A stretch of DNA of 64,000 bases, taken from contig CAYTYR010000003.1 of NCBI GenBank assembly GCA_964441745.1, forward strand, positions 35,348 through 99,347, given 5' to 3'. Within the stretch, counting starts at the first letter, position 1, and every line of letters begins with the position of its first letter. The DNA comes from an uncultured Clostridia bacterium (GTDB lineage Bacteria > CAYTYR01 > UBA6262). Position numbers and translations under genes: made by a program. The notes under the pieces are model-generated. The model did not search any database. It worked only from the letters and a program-made list of their open reading frames with translations, and was not told the origin of the DNA. Shown here in pieces: positions 50,993-60,586 of this stretch.

Positions 50993-51751
50993 ATGGCAAA
51001 CATTACTATCAAAGCAAATAATTTCAGCCACTATTTCGGCGCTAACCAAACGCTGAAAAATATAAATCTGGATGTTTACCAAAATGAGATATTGGGCATC
51101 ATCGGCCCTGCCGGCAGCGGCAAATCCACTTTCCTGCGGGCGCTTAACCGGCTCAATGACCTGACCCCGAAATCACGGATAGAAGGATCACTATATATTG
51201 ACGGCCAGGATATCTATACGCCGGAAACGAGCGTGATCGAACTGCGGCGTAAATTAGGCATGGTCTTTGCCACACCGGTACCCCTGCCCCGCTCAATTTA
51301 CGAAAACGTGGCTTTCGGGCCTAGAATGGCCGGATTAGCTGGTAAAAACCATTTAAAAGAACTAGTTACTGATTGTTTGATTAAATCAACCTTATATGAA
51401 GAAGTCAAAGACCGGCTTGATTCCAGCGGCCAAAAACTTTCCGGTGGGCAGCAGCAGCGGCTGTGTATCGCCCGCATCCTGGCCTTGAAGCCTGAATTCA
51501 TCCTACTGGATGAACCGTGTTCGGGATTGGACCCGATTTCAACCATGAAGATCGAGGAATCACTGCGCAATCTAAAAAAGGATTATACTATTATCCTGGT
51601 AACCAATAACACCAAGCAGGCCGCCCGGGTAGCCGACCGGACGGCTTTTTTCCTGAGCGGAGAGCTGATCGAAGTCGGACCGACAGACAAGATCTTCACC
51701 ACTCCGGCCGACCAGCGGACCAATGATTATATATCGGGAAGGTTCGGATAG
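50993..51751 (+). CDS. pstB: phosphate ABC transporter ATP-binding protein PstB, second copy
   Basis: Walker A GPAGSGKST, signature LSGGQQQRL, Walker B ILLDEP. Confidence 0.9.
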   Translation: MANITIKANNFSHYFGANQTLKNINLDVYQNEILGIIGPAGSGKSTFLRALNRLNDLTPKSRIEGSLYIDGQDIYTPETSVIELRRKLGMVFATPVPLPRSIYENVAFGPRMAGLAGKNHLKELVTDCLIKSTLYEEVKDRLDSSGQKLSGGQQQRLCIARILALKPEFILLDEPCSGLDPISTMKIEESLRNLKKDYTIILVTNNTKQAARVADRTAFFLSGELIEVGPTDKIFTTPADQRTNDYISGRFG

Positions 51752-51757
51752 AAAGAC

Positions 51758-51791
51758 GATTACATAGATTAAAATGCAGATTACACAGATT
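51758..51791 (+). promoter_or_regulatory. tandem GATTACA(C/T)AGATT boxes upstream of third pstB
   Basis: GATTACATAGATT at 51758-51770 and GATTACACAGATT at 51779-51791, 21 bp apart. Confidence 0.45.
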
Positions 51792-51805
51792 TTTTAAAGG
51801 TGTCT

Positions 51806-52558
51806 ATGAGTATAATAGAAGTAAATAATTTATCATTATTTTACGGTAATTTTCAGGCGTTGAAAAATATTAACCTGAATATTGAAAAACAGAAGATCAC
51901 GGCTTTAATTGGGCCTTCCGGCTGCGGCAAATCCACCTTCCTGAGATGCCTCAATCGGATGAATGACCTGATTGAAGACGTACGCATAACCGGATCAGTG
52001 AAAATAGCGGATAATGACATTTATCATAACGGATACGATTTATTAGCCTTACGTAAGAATGTCGGCATGGTCTTCCAAAGACCAAACCCTTTTCCCTTAA
52101 GCATTTATGACAATGTCGTTTATGGTTTGAGGGTACATGGTATTCTGGACAATAAAATAATGGAAGAAAAATTGCAATGGAGCTTGGAATCAGTGCACCT
52201 CTGGGATGAGGTAAAAGACAAACTTGATACTAATGCTCTCGCTCTTTCCGGTGAACAGCAGCAGCGGCTCTGTATTGCCCGGCTGGCGGTAGTGGAACCG
52301 AAAGTCCTGCTGATGGATGAACCTTGTTCGGCATTAGACCCTATATCCACCGCAAAAATTGAAGATTTGATGTATGAACTTAAAAAGCAATATACGATAA
52401 TTATCGTAACGCACAATATGCAGCAGGCCGCCAGGGTATCTGAATATACCGGATACTTTTTATTAGGGGACTTGGTAGAGTTTGGTGAAACCACCCAGAT
52501 CTTTACCAGTCCGAAAGATAGCAGGACAGAAGATTATCTGACGGGAAGATTTGGCTAA
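51806..52558 (+). CDS. pstB: phosphate ABC transporter ATP-binding protein PstB, third copy
   Basis: Walker [10 protein letters not shown]; signature reads LSGEQQQRL (Gly to Glu in the second Gly); ATG at 51806, ORF-track start 51800 is GTG. Confidence 0.85.
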   Translation: MSIIEVNNLSLFYGNFQALKNINLNIEKQKITALIGPSGCGKSTFLRCLNRMNDLIEDVRITGSVKIADNDIYHNGYDLLALRKNVGMVFQRPNPFPLSIYDNVVYGLRVHGILDNKIMEEKLQWSLESVHLWDEVKDKLDTNALALSGEQQQRLCIARLAVVEPKVLLMDEPCSALDPISTAKIEDLMYELKKQYTIIIVTHNMQQAARVSEYTGYFLLGDLVEFGETTQIFTSPKDSRTEDYLTGRFG

Positions 52559-52562
52559 TAGT

Positions 52563-52695
52563 AAAACAATTTTGAGTTATAAGTTTTAAGTTTTGAGTTT
52601 AGGTGAATTTCTTTACCATAATTAATAATTCTCCGCCTTTAAGCTTGGCGGATCCGCCTCTGGCGGAAAAACTCAACATTCAAAATTCAAAACTG
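52563..52695. repeat. REP/MITE-like palindromic element between pstB3 and phoU
   Basis: left arm AAAACAATTTTGAGTT..., two internal CCGCC/GGCGG hairpins (52631-52667), right arm AAAACTCAACATTCAAAATTCAAAACTG; arms are inverse-related and match 3204-3233 and 55453-55475. Confidence 0.5.
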
Positions 52696-52717
52696 TATTA
52701 AATTTTAGGAGGAAACA

Positions 52718-53389
52718 ATGCAGCGACATTTTGACGAAGAATTAGCAGACCTGAGCAAAGAAGTTTTGCGTATGGGCAGTTTAACTGAAGAATCAATTTA
52801 TAAATCAATTGAGGCTCTTAAAGCTCTCAGTGCCGAACAAGCTAAACAGGTGATCATAGAAGATAAAAAAATAGATGAAATGGAATTAGCGATAGACGAA
52901 AAATGCCTCGATTTGTTGGCTTTAAATCAGCCCATGGCTATTGACCTGCGCTTCATTACCATGACGATGAAGATCTGCACGGACCTGGAACGCATCGCTG
53001 ATCTGGCTGTGGATATTGCCCAGCGGTGCCTGGAAATAGCAGGCAAACCCCAGCTTAAACCACTGATTGATATTCCCAAATTAGCTACCCTGGCTCAAAG
53101 CATGGTCAAGGAAGCGATCGATGCGTTTGTACATAAGGATGTAGAGCTGGCTAAAAAAGTCATTTTACGCGATCCGGAAGCTGATAACCTGCGTAATTTG
53201 GTCCAGTCTGAGTTGATCAAGGATTATATTGCCAAAGACCCAACGACTGCGCCAAGGGCTGTACCCCTACTGCTGGTAGCGCGCCATTTAGAAAGAATCT
53301 GCGACCATACTACGAATATCGCTGAAGATGTCATCTATATGGTTGAGGGAAAAATAGTGAAACACCATTTGGAAGCATTAGGATCATAA
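52718..53389 (+). CDS. phoU: phosphate signalling complex protein PhoU
   Basis: 223 aa; two-repeat PhoU architecture with DLERIADLAVDIA and LERICDHTTNIAED segments; GGAGG SD. Confidence 0.85.
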   Translation: MQRHFDEELADLSKEVLRMGSLTEESIYKSIEALKALSAEQAKQVIIEDKKIDEMELAIDEKCLDLLALNQPMAIDLRFITMTMKICTDLERIADLAVDIAQRCLEIAGKPQLKPLIDIPKLATLAQSMVKEAIDAFVHKDVELAKKVILRDPEADNLRNLVQSELIKDYIAKDPTTAPRAVPLLLVARHLERICDHTTNIAEDVIYMVEGKIVKHHLEALGS

Positions 53390-53447
53390 CACTTATTATT
53401 TATTAACCTATTTACAGCAAGCCTGAATTCTGCTACACTACTAAAGT

Positions 53448-53544
53448 GATTACACCGATTTCTAAAAAAGATTACCCCGATTAAAAAAACAAGTTCTAAT
53501 CATCTTGCTCTATCAGTGTAATCTCATTTCTAATCTGTGTAATC
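53448..53544. promoter_or_regulatory. cluster of four GATTAC/GTAATC boxes in palindromic arrangement
   Basis: GATTACACCGATT (53448-53460), GATTACCCCGATT (53470-53482), then TGTAATC at 53517-53523 and 53538-53544; upstream of gene 53566. Confidence 0.4.
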
Positions 53545-53565
53545 GTATTACAAGGAGGCAGGAAC

Positions 53566-53985
53566 GTGAAAAATGTAGCCAAATGGCTGTTGGCAGGGAT
53601 AGTGGTAGCTGCTGTTTCCTATTTTATCAATGCCCTCTTTACCATTCTCTTTAAGAATTTCTATGCCCAAACACCTGCGTTGATCAAACCCTTAAGTAAT
53701 GTCTGGATGGTCCAAACCCTGCTGGGTAACTTTTCCAGCGGGCTTATCTACGCCTTAATGTTTACAGTCTTGCAGCATGGTATTCCTGGCAAGGGGATCA
53801 CTAAAGGATTTTTTCTGGGGTTATTGCTGTGGGCTATTACTGTTCCGCCGCTCTTGATCACCTATAATACCAATATCGATATCAAACTTATTCTCTCGTG
53901 GCTGTTAACCGGGCTTATTGCTACCCCGCTCGCTTGCATCGCGGTTGTTATTATCTATGAAAAGGTCACTGATCGGGAGAAGTAA
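53566..53985 (+). CDS. hypothetical integral membrane protein
   Basis: 139 aa, about four hydrophobic helices; GTG start with AGGAGG SD 7 nt upstream. Confidence 0.5.
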   Translation: MKNVAKWLLAGIVVAAVSYFINALFTILFKNFYAQTPALIKPLSNVWMVQTLLGNFSSGLIYALMFTVLQHGIPGKGITKGFFLGLLLWAITVPPLLITYNTNIDIKLILSWLLTGLIATPLACIAVVIIYEKVTDREK

Positions 53986-53993
53986 CCACCTAA

Positions 53994-54917
53994 TTAATCT
54001 TGTTTCGATAAAGCTATCATTCTATCAATAGCCAGTTTCGCTTTACTGCGGACTGGCTCTTCTACTTTCACTGGGTAGATCATATCCCGCAAGGACCAAT
54101 AGATATTTTCCAAGGTGACCAATTTCATATTGGAGCAGGCAGCTTGCGTATTGGCAGGATAAAACTGCTTATCCGGATTTTCCTTTTTCAGTCTGTGCAG
54201 CATACCAACTTCTGTACCGACAATAAATTCTTTTTCTTCTTTCTCCCTGGCATAAGCGCTCATACTGCCTGTTGACAGTACGGCATTAGCTAACATGGTT
54301 ACATCGCTCCGGCATTCCGGATGGGCCATGACCAGCGCCTCCGGGTATTTCCTCTTCATTTTAAGAATATCATCGCTGGTAATGCGAACATGAGTTGGGC
54401 AATAACCTTCCCAAATTATAAATTTCTTACCCGGCACTTTCAGCTGTGTATAGCTGCCTAAATATTTATCAGGGATAAAGATGATCTCATCAGCAGCAGT
54501 TAAGGAATTGACTACTTTCAGGGCATTAGAACTGGTACAGCAAATGTCACTTTCGGCTTTTACCGCGGCAGTTGAGTTAACATAGCAAACAACTTTAGCC
54601 TGGGGATGCTGTCTTTTCAGCTCCCGCACATTTTCAGCATTGATCATACTGGCCATGGGACAACCGGCTTCATGATCCGGTATTAACACAGTTTTTTGGG
54701 GAGAAATAATAGCCGCAGTTTCAGCCATAAAAAACACTCCGCAAAAAACAATTATCTTGGCCTGTGTTTCGCTGGCCTTCAGGCTCAGTTCCAGGGAGTC
54801 ACCGACAAAATCAGCTACTTCCTGCACTTCCGGCAGTTGATAGTTATGTGCCAGTATCACCGCATTTTTTTTCTTAGCCATATCCTTTATTTCATTTAAC
54901 AATCTGGATATATCCAT
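53994..54917 (-). CDS. nadA: quinolinate synthase NadA
   Basis: 307 aa; NadA blocks ILAHNYQ, cysteine ligands in CPMA / CYVNS / CPT context. Confidence 0.85.
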   Translation of the reverse strand: MDISRLLNEIKDMAKKKNAVILAHNYQLPEVQEVADFVGDSLELSLKASETQAKIIVFCGVFFMAETAAIISPQKTVLIPDHEAGCPMASMINAENVRELKRQHPQAKVVCYVNSTAAVKAESDICCTSSNALKVVNSLTAADEIIFIPDKYLGSYTQLKVPGKKFIIWEGYCPTHVRITSDDILKMKRKYPEALVMAHPECRSDVTMLANAVLSTGSMSAYAREKEEKEFIVGTEVGMLHRLKKENPDKQFYPANTQAACSNMKLVTLENIYWSLRDMIYPVKVEEPVRSKAKLAIDRMIALSKQD

Positions 54918-55208
54918 TATTCCCTCAAAGTTGAAAAATCCTTGTTAGCCCCGTTTTACGGGACTAACAAGGTGAACCTGAAGCCCGCAAGAGATACTAT
55001 CTCCCGCGAGCTATCTTCGTTTCCCGCCGCAGCAATGAGCTACTGGACGCAGAAAATACTTTCTGGAAACTCTTGCTCTCATGATAATCACCACCCTCCC
55101 CTAAAACAAATTCGAAATTCGAATAGCGAAATTCTAAACTCTATTGTTTGCGCATTTTATTTATTTGAACTTGTTTAGTATTTCGGATTTAGAGTTTCGT
55201 ATTTGTTC

Positions 55209-55436
55209 TTAATTTACTGCTTCCACTTTTTTCACTTCCGGGACATCTTCCTTCAGGATCCGCTCAATGCCATTCTTTAAGGTCATCGTAGCCATGGGAC
55301 AGCCCAGGCAGGCGCCAAGTAATTTCACTTTTACCACTCCTGTCTTTTCATCGATATCTACCAACTCTACACTGCCGCCATCCGCTCCCAGCATTTTGGC
55401 GACCTTGGCCAAGCTTTTTAACACTTTTTCCTTCAT
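55209..55436 (-). CDS. NifU-like (Nfu) Fe-S cluster carrier domain protein
   Basis: 75 aa; GACLGCP CxxC motif typical of Nfu/NifU C-terminal domain. Confidence 0.75.
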   Translation of the reverse strand: MKEKVLKSLAKVAKMLGADGGSVELVDIDEKTGVVKVKLLGACLGCPMATMTLKNGIERILKEDVPEVKKVEAVN

Positions 55437-55452
55437 GTATAACCCCCTATTT

Positions 55453-55475
55453 AAAACAATTTTGAGTTTTGAATT
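55453..55475. repeat. REP-like element copy (AAAACAATTTTGAGTTTTGAATT)
   Basis: reverse complement closely resembles the 3204-3233 and 52666-52695 motif. Confidence 0.45.
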
Positions 55476-55530
55476 AAGGTTAAAACTTAATTATTAAATG
55501 CTTCTATCAAAACTCGTGACTCGCGACTTG

Positions 55531-56703
55531 CTACTTTTTTTTGTATAATGGTGACATTTCCCTGAGTTTTTTAACAATTCTTGGCAATGCTTCTAATAAA
55601 TATTCAACATCTTCATCAGTATTAAGACGGCCCAGGCTGAAACGAAGACTGCTATGCGCCACTTCCGGGCTTACTCCCAGCGCTTTGATCACATGGGAAG
55701 GCTCTAGTGAGCTGCTGGAACAAGCTGAACCAGTTGAAGCAGCGATCCCCTCCAGGTCCAGGTTAATCAACATTGATTCACCTTCTATATATTTTATAGT
55801 CACATTAACATTGTTTGGCAGCCGTTTAGTAGGATGACCGTTTAATTCTGATTCATCGATCTTTTCCAAAATTCCTTTGATCAGCTTGTCACGCAAGATA
55901 GTCACGTGCTGGTGGCGTTCCTGTTTTTCCTGTATCGCCATTTCTACTGCTTTGCCAAATCCTACTATACCGGGGACATTTTCAGTAGACGCGCGACGCC
56001 TTCTTTCCTGTTCCCCCCCATGCAGAAACGGCAGGATGCGCACGCCTTTCCTGATATACAGTAAGCCCACTCCTTTAGGACCGTATAATTTATGCGCGCT
56101 GGCGCTGAGCAGATCAATATTAAGTTTCTCTACATCCAGGTCCAGGCTGCCAAAGGTCTGTACAGCATCGGTATGAAAATAAATCCCTTTCTCCCTGGCT
56201 ACTTTCCCGATGCCGGCGATCGGTTCAATCGTGCCGACCTCGTTATTAGCGTGCATTACGGAGATTAAGATAGTCTGCGGCGTAATTGCTTTAATAATTG
56301 CTTCCAGATCCACCAGACCATATTTATCAACCGGTATATAGGTAACCTTGGCGCCGCGGTGTTTTTCCAGGAACTTACAAGTTTCCAAGACTGCATGATG
56401 TTCGATAGTCGTAGTAATAATATGATTGCCCTTCTTAGCATTAGCCTCAAAGACACCGATTAAGGCGAAATTATCTGCCTCTGTGCCACCACTGGTGAAA
56501 ACAATCTCCTCACTCTTGGCATTAATATATTTAGCGATCAAATCCCGAGCCTGGGTGACAGCAGCCTGCGCTTCCTGGCCAAAAGTATGAAGACTGGACG
56601 GATTACCGTAAACCGTGTCAAAATAGGGCTGTATCGCCTTAATTACTTCCGGATGCACCGGAGTAGTCGCGGCATAATCAAAATAACGTCGTTTAACATC
56701 CAT
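55531..56703 (-). CDS. iscS: cysteine desulfurase (NifS/IscS family)
   Basis: 390 aa; PLP-lysine context SASAHKLYGPKGVG and active-site Cys loop ASTGSACSS. Confidence 0.85.
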   Translation of the reverse strand: MDVKRRYFDYAATTPVHPEVIKAIQPYFDTVYGNPSSLHTFGQEAQAAVTQARDLIAKYINAKSEEIVFTSGGTEADNFALIGVFEANAKKGNHIITTTIEHHAVLETCKFLEKHRGAKVTYIPVDKYGLVDLEAIIKAITPQTILISVMHANNEVGTIEPIAGIGKVAREKGIYFHTDAVQTFGSLDLDVEKLNIDLLSASAHKLYGPKGVGLLYIRKGVRILPFLHGGEQERRRRASTENVPGIVGFGKAVEMAIQEKQERHQHVTILRDKLIKGILEKIDESELNGHPTKRLPNNVNVTIKYIEGESMLINLDLEGIAASTGSACSSSSLEPSHVIKALGVSPEVAHSSLRFSLGRLNTDEDVEYLLEALPRIVKKLREMSPLYKKK

Positions 56704-56864
56704 AGTTTCACCTCATATACCCAATTTTTGCCTTAGAACGTGAGCACCGAGACGAGAGAGGCTAAGCGCTTTTCGAAGTAAAAATTTGAAAGCATACTCA
56801 CAGCAGTATGGTTGAGAATTTTTACACAGAAAAGAGCTAGCATCTTTCGTCGAATGCCACGAGC

Positions 56865-57281
56865 CTAAGGTAAATTTTGGGTTAAATCATGCAAAGTTCG
56901 TTCGTTCAATACTTTATTTACTGCTTCCTGTAATTCCACCCAAACCGGCCTGGTCAGGCATTCCTTGATCTTACTGCAGCACTTATCCCTGGATTGCTTA
57001 GTACAAGAGATCAGCTGGATCGGGCCTTCCACCGCTTTCACGATATCCAATATCTTGATCATTTTTGGATCTTTTTTCAAGACAAATCCGCCCTTGGCGC
57101 CTCTGGTACTTTCTACTAATCCATTCCTTCTCAGTTTAACCAGCAGTTGCTGCAAATAAAATTTCGGAATATGTTGTTTCTGATAAATCTCTTGGGCTGA
57201 TACCGGGGCCTGGCCATAACTCTGGCCCAGCTCTACCATAGCTAATAATCCATAGCGGCAACGGGTTGATATCTTCAGCAT
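56865..57281 (-). CDS. Rrf2-family transcriptional regulator (IscR-like)
   Basis: 138 aa; N-terminal wHTH (RYGLLAMVEL) and three Cys in C...CC pattern. Confidence 0.8.
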   Translation of the reverse strand: MLKISTRCRYGLLAMVELGQSYGQAPVSAQEIYQKQHIPKFYLQQLLVKLRRNGLVESTRGAKGGFVLKKDPKMIKILDIVKAVEGPIQLISCTKQSRDKCCSKIKECLTRPVWVELQEAVNKVLNERTLHDLTQNLP

Positions 57282-57346
57282 TTCTTTTTATCCCTCTTGT
57301 CACAGTATACTATATATGACTTATTTTGTCAAGTATTAAATAAAAA

Positions 57347-57799
57347 CTAAAGATAGTACATTTTCAGCTCGTGAGAGCGGCGTTTCTCTTTAGCTTTCTT
57401 ACACAAGTAAGCAAAGGTAGTTTTATCAACAATCCCTTCGGTCATGATCCGTACTTTATCCCAAATTGGCCGGAATACACAGTGAGATTCTTCAGTACAC
57501 TTCTTATAGCAACTCTTACTTACACAGGTAATAGGAGAGATCGGCCCTTCCATGAACCTGATAATTTCACCTATCCTGATCTTTTTTGGTTCTTTGGCCA
57601 GATAGTACCCGCCTTTTGCTCCCCTTTGGCTGTTGACATATCCTGGTCCTTTTAAAGACAGCAGTATTTGCTCTAGATACTTTAAGGGGATATCCTGCCG
57701 CCGAGCGATATCCTGGATCTTGACCAAGCCTTGGTCATAATGCAGGGCCAAGTCCAGAATTGCTTTTAAGGCATAATCACCGCGAAAAGATATTTTCAT
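57347..57799 (-). CDS. Rrf2-family transcriptional regulator (second copy, adjacent to cysK)
   Basis: 150 aa; wHTH (DYALKAILDLA...AKGGYYL) with Cys residues. Confidence 0.8.
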   Translation of the reverse strand: MKISFRGDYALKAILDLALHYDQGLVKIQDIARRQDIPLKYLEQILLSLKGPGYVNSQRGAKGGYYLAKEPKKIRIGEIIRFMEGPISPITCVSKSCYKKCTEESHCVFRPIWDKVRIMTEGIVDKTTFAYLCKKAKEKRRSHELKMYYL

Positions 57800-57805
57800 C
57801 GTCCC

Positions 57806-58726
57806 TCACCACACACTTAAGTAACGTTCTCCAGTGTCACATAAAATAGTAACCACTGTTTTATCTTTTCCCAATTGTTCAGCTACCTGCAACGCCGCAA
57901 AAACATTAGCGCCAGAGGAAATGCCGGCCAATAGTCCTTCTTCCCGGGCCAGCCGTGAAGCAGTAGCAAAAGCATCTTCATCCTGTACTTTGATTATTTC
58001 ATCAATAATTTTCCGGTTCAGGACTCCCGGTACAAACCCGGCGCCAATACCTTGTATTTTATGCGGACCCGGCTGCCCGCCTGACAAAACAGGACTATTA
58101 GCCGGTTCTACTGCTATTACCCTGATTTTTCTGGCAATATCTTTCTTTAAAGCTTCACCTACGCCAGTTAGCGTCCCTCCGGTACCGACAGCAGCCACAA
58201 AAGCATCAATATTACCTTTAGTTTGGGCTATGATCTCCTGAGCAGTAGTCAAACGGTGAATCTCCGGATTGGCCTGATTATTAAACTGCATCGGCATATA
58301 ATAATCAGAATGGGCTTCTGCTATTTCTTTGGCTTTTCTTACTGCCCCGCCCATACCTTCTGCTCCTGGAGTTAATAAAAACTCGGCGCCATACGCAGTC
58401 AGGAGTTTACGACGCTCTATACTCATAGTTTCCGGCATAGCCAGTATTAACTTATATCCCTTGACCGCGGCGACCAAAGCCAGACCGATACCCGTATTAC
58501 CGCTAGTAGGTTCGATAATAGTCCCGCCTGGTTTCAGCCAGCCTTTTTTCTCTGCTTCCTCGATCATCGCCAGGCAGATCCGGTCCTTAACACTGCCTCC
58601 GGGATTGAAATATTCCACTTTAACTAGCACTTTAGCATCGTCTGACCCGGTAAGCTTGTTAAGTTGTACTAATGGAGTATCCCCGATCAGCCCCAGGACA
58701 TTTTTTGCGATTTCCGGTTTACCCAT
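57806..58726 (-). CDS. cysK: cysteine synthase A (O-acetylserine sulfhydrylase)
   Basis: 306 aa; PLP lysine in [19 protein letters not shown], Gly-rich GTGGT loop. Confidence 0.9.
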   Translation of the reverse strand: MGKPEIAKNVLGLIGDTPLVQLNKLTGSDDAKVLVKVEYFNPGGSVKDRICLAMIEEAEKKGWLKPGGTIIEPTSGNTGIGLALVAAVKGYKLILAMPETMSIERRKLLTAYGAEFLLTPGAEGMGGAVRKAKEIAEAHSDYYMPMQFNNQANPEIHRLTTAQEIIAQTKGNIDAFVAAVGTGGTLTGVGEALKKDIARKIRVIAVEPANSPVLSGGQPGPHKIQGIGAGFVPGVLNRKIIDEIIKVQDEDAFATASRLAREEGLLAGISSGANVFAALQVAEQLGKDKTVVTILCDTGERYLSVW

Positions 58727-58789
58727 AATAACTCCTTCGGAGTAAATTCTAAATCCGAATATCTAAATCCTAATCTGTGAAATCGTTTT

Positions 58790-59203
58790 TTAATCAAATC
58801 TAATTTCCATTGCTTTGACGGGACAAACTTTGACACACATTTCACAGGCGATACAATGGTTGCTATTAAAAGTAACCTGTCGCGTTTTCTTATCCAGTAC
58901 TAAGGCCGGCGTTGGGCATACTGAAATACATAAACCACACTGGGTGCAGCGCTCTTCATTTTTGCTGATATTTTGGCCTAATTGTTCAATAGTCACTCCC
59001 GCTTTGGTCAGAAATTCTATACCCTTATTATAGTTTTCTTTCTGGCCTTTTAACTCCAGGGACATGATCCCTTCCTCGGAAGGAGTAACCTGGGCTTTAA
59101 GAATATTAAATTGCAGGTTATAATCCTTTACCAGATGATAAACAAATGGTTTCTCCACCAAATTTTTCGGAAATCTTAATACTACTCTTCTACAAATAGC
59201 CAT
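58790..59203 (-). CDS. NIL-domain plus 2x[4Fe-4S] ferredoxin protein
   Basis: 137 aa; two CxxCxxCxxxCP motifs (CTQCGLCISVCP, CIACEMCVKVCP) after an N-terminal NIL-like domain. Confidence 0.7.
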   Translation of the reverse strand: MAICRRVVLRFPKNLVEKPFVYHLVKDYNLQFNILKAQVTPSEEGIMSLELKGQKENYNKGIEFLTKAGVTIEQLGQNISKNEERCTQCGLCISVCPTPALVLDKKTRQVTFNSNHCIACEMCVKVCPVKAMEIRFD

Positions 59204-59250
59204 ATATCCTCCTTACCGGGGGTTGACTACACAGATTATAATATATCTTA

Positions 59251-60483
59251 TTAAATTGTCGGGGCAACTGGTCTTTCTTTTAAGAGTTTAGCCGCGACCC
59301 CATTATCTGGGCCAGGCAGGTTTTGCACTGGCTTGGCTAATTCAAAACTTCCTTTTTTGATCCATTCCTTTAACGTTGCCGCAATCTCCCTGGCCACTGA
59401 ATAGCTGGAAATCGGCGCCGTAGGGATTTTTTTGCCCTGTACCTCTATCTCTCCGCTAAACAATTGGGCATAGTTGACTTCCCCAAGACTTCCCCCTACA
59501 TTATTAGGATAATTCTTGCCATAATCAATAACTTGACACCAGAGATCCTGGTTTTTAACAGCTGTATATTGGCAAATCTCCTCATTCAGGATGGGTATAG
59601 GAACCCCAATGCCAACGGTCATAGTTGAACCATAGCCTAGAAAAGAACTCCCTCGTAAATATTTTGCGCTCATCTGTTTCAGGTCACCAATCACTGAAAG
59701 TGTCCCGGCGCCAGCCTGCGGCACGCCATTTTCTTTACGTTTTACAGATGGATTATGTTGAGTGCCATTCCAGGCTACATAACCAATTCCACCACCCAAG
59801 AAAATCCTGGTGCCAATACCTATCGTCTTGTAAAGTGGATCATTTAGTAATGGAGATAACTGCGCCGCACTGCAAAAATTGGCATTACCAAGATTTGGTT
59901 GCAAAACTCCCATATAGGTATAAATAATCTTATCCGTCAGGTTCACGGCGCAATTATAGTTCTGATAAGCATTGCGCGGGCTGAACAGAATAGCCTCGTT
60001 TATATCTCCAAGATTAATAAGAGTCTCCAACTTCTTCCGCGGATAGCAATCAGTCCCATAAGCGGTAGCCCTGAGCACCAGGTCCTTGCCACTTACCAAG
60101 TCTTCGATCACATGTCCGCCGCCATAGCTGAATTCACCAGGGAAAACTTTATTGCGGGGATCATCATCAGGAGTAGCGGTAGCTCCCAAATACACATCTA
60201 CCGCAGCCAAACCAGTATATACTGGCACTTCGTTTAAATAAGCATGCCCGCCTCCTAATTTAATACGCGGCGTAGAATGCCCAAAATTTAAAAAAGTACC
60301 GCTGGAACACATTGGCCCAAAAGTTCCGGTAGTGACCACATCCACTTCATAGGCAGCCTTTTTTAAACCCTTTTCCGCGACAATGTCGATTATTTCTTCA
60401 GCCGTCACTACTACTGCCTGCCCTTTTTTGATCTTTTCATTTATTTCTTCATAAGTCTTAGCCATAGCCCGAACTCCTTCCAA
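59251..60483 (-). CDS. DUF39 (COG1900) protein, putative sulfide-dependent homocysteine biosynthesis enzyme
   Basis: 410 aa; length and genomic pairing with NIL-ferredoxin fit the methanogen-type homocysteine biosynthesis pair; family assignment from memory. Confidence 0.6.
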   Translation of the reverse strand: MEGVRAMAKTYEEINEKIKKGQAVVVTAEEIIDIVAEKGLKKAAYEVDVVTTGTFGPMCSSGTFLNFGHSTPRIKLGGGHAYLNEVPVYTGLAAVDVYLGATATPDDDPRNKVFPGEFSYGGGHVIEDLVSGKDLVLRATAYGTDCYPRKKLETLINLGDINEAILFSPRNAYQNYNCAVNLTDKIIYTYMGVLQPNLGNANFCSAAQLSPLLNDPLYKTIGIGTRIFLGGGIGYVAWNGTQHNPSVKRKENGVPQAGAGTLSVIGDLKQMSAKYLRGSSFLGYGSTMTVGIGVPIPILNEEICQYTAVKNQDLWCQVIDYGKNYPNNVGGSLGEVNYAQLFSGEIEVQGKKIPTAPISSYSVAREIAATLKEWIKKGSFELAKPVQNLPGPDNGVAAKLLKERPVAPTI

Positions 60484-60586
60484 CTAAGTAATATTATATA
60501 ATCTCTATCTAATAAGTAGACAATATCACAAATAACTAACCCTGTCAAGCTGAATTTAACAGGGTTATGTTTAGCCGGCCTATTAT

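Noticed and set aside
54942-55178. 78-aa plus-strand ORF in the nadA upstream region
   Set aside because: Overlaps the hairpin-rich leader of nadA; composition and lack of RBS make it unlikely to be coding.
56704-56864. Possible riboswitch or operator between iscS and the Rrf2 gene
   Set aside because: Some imperfect inverted repeats are present, but I could not define a convincing structure or match a known motif by eye.
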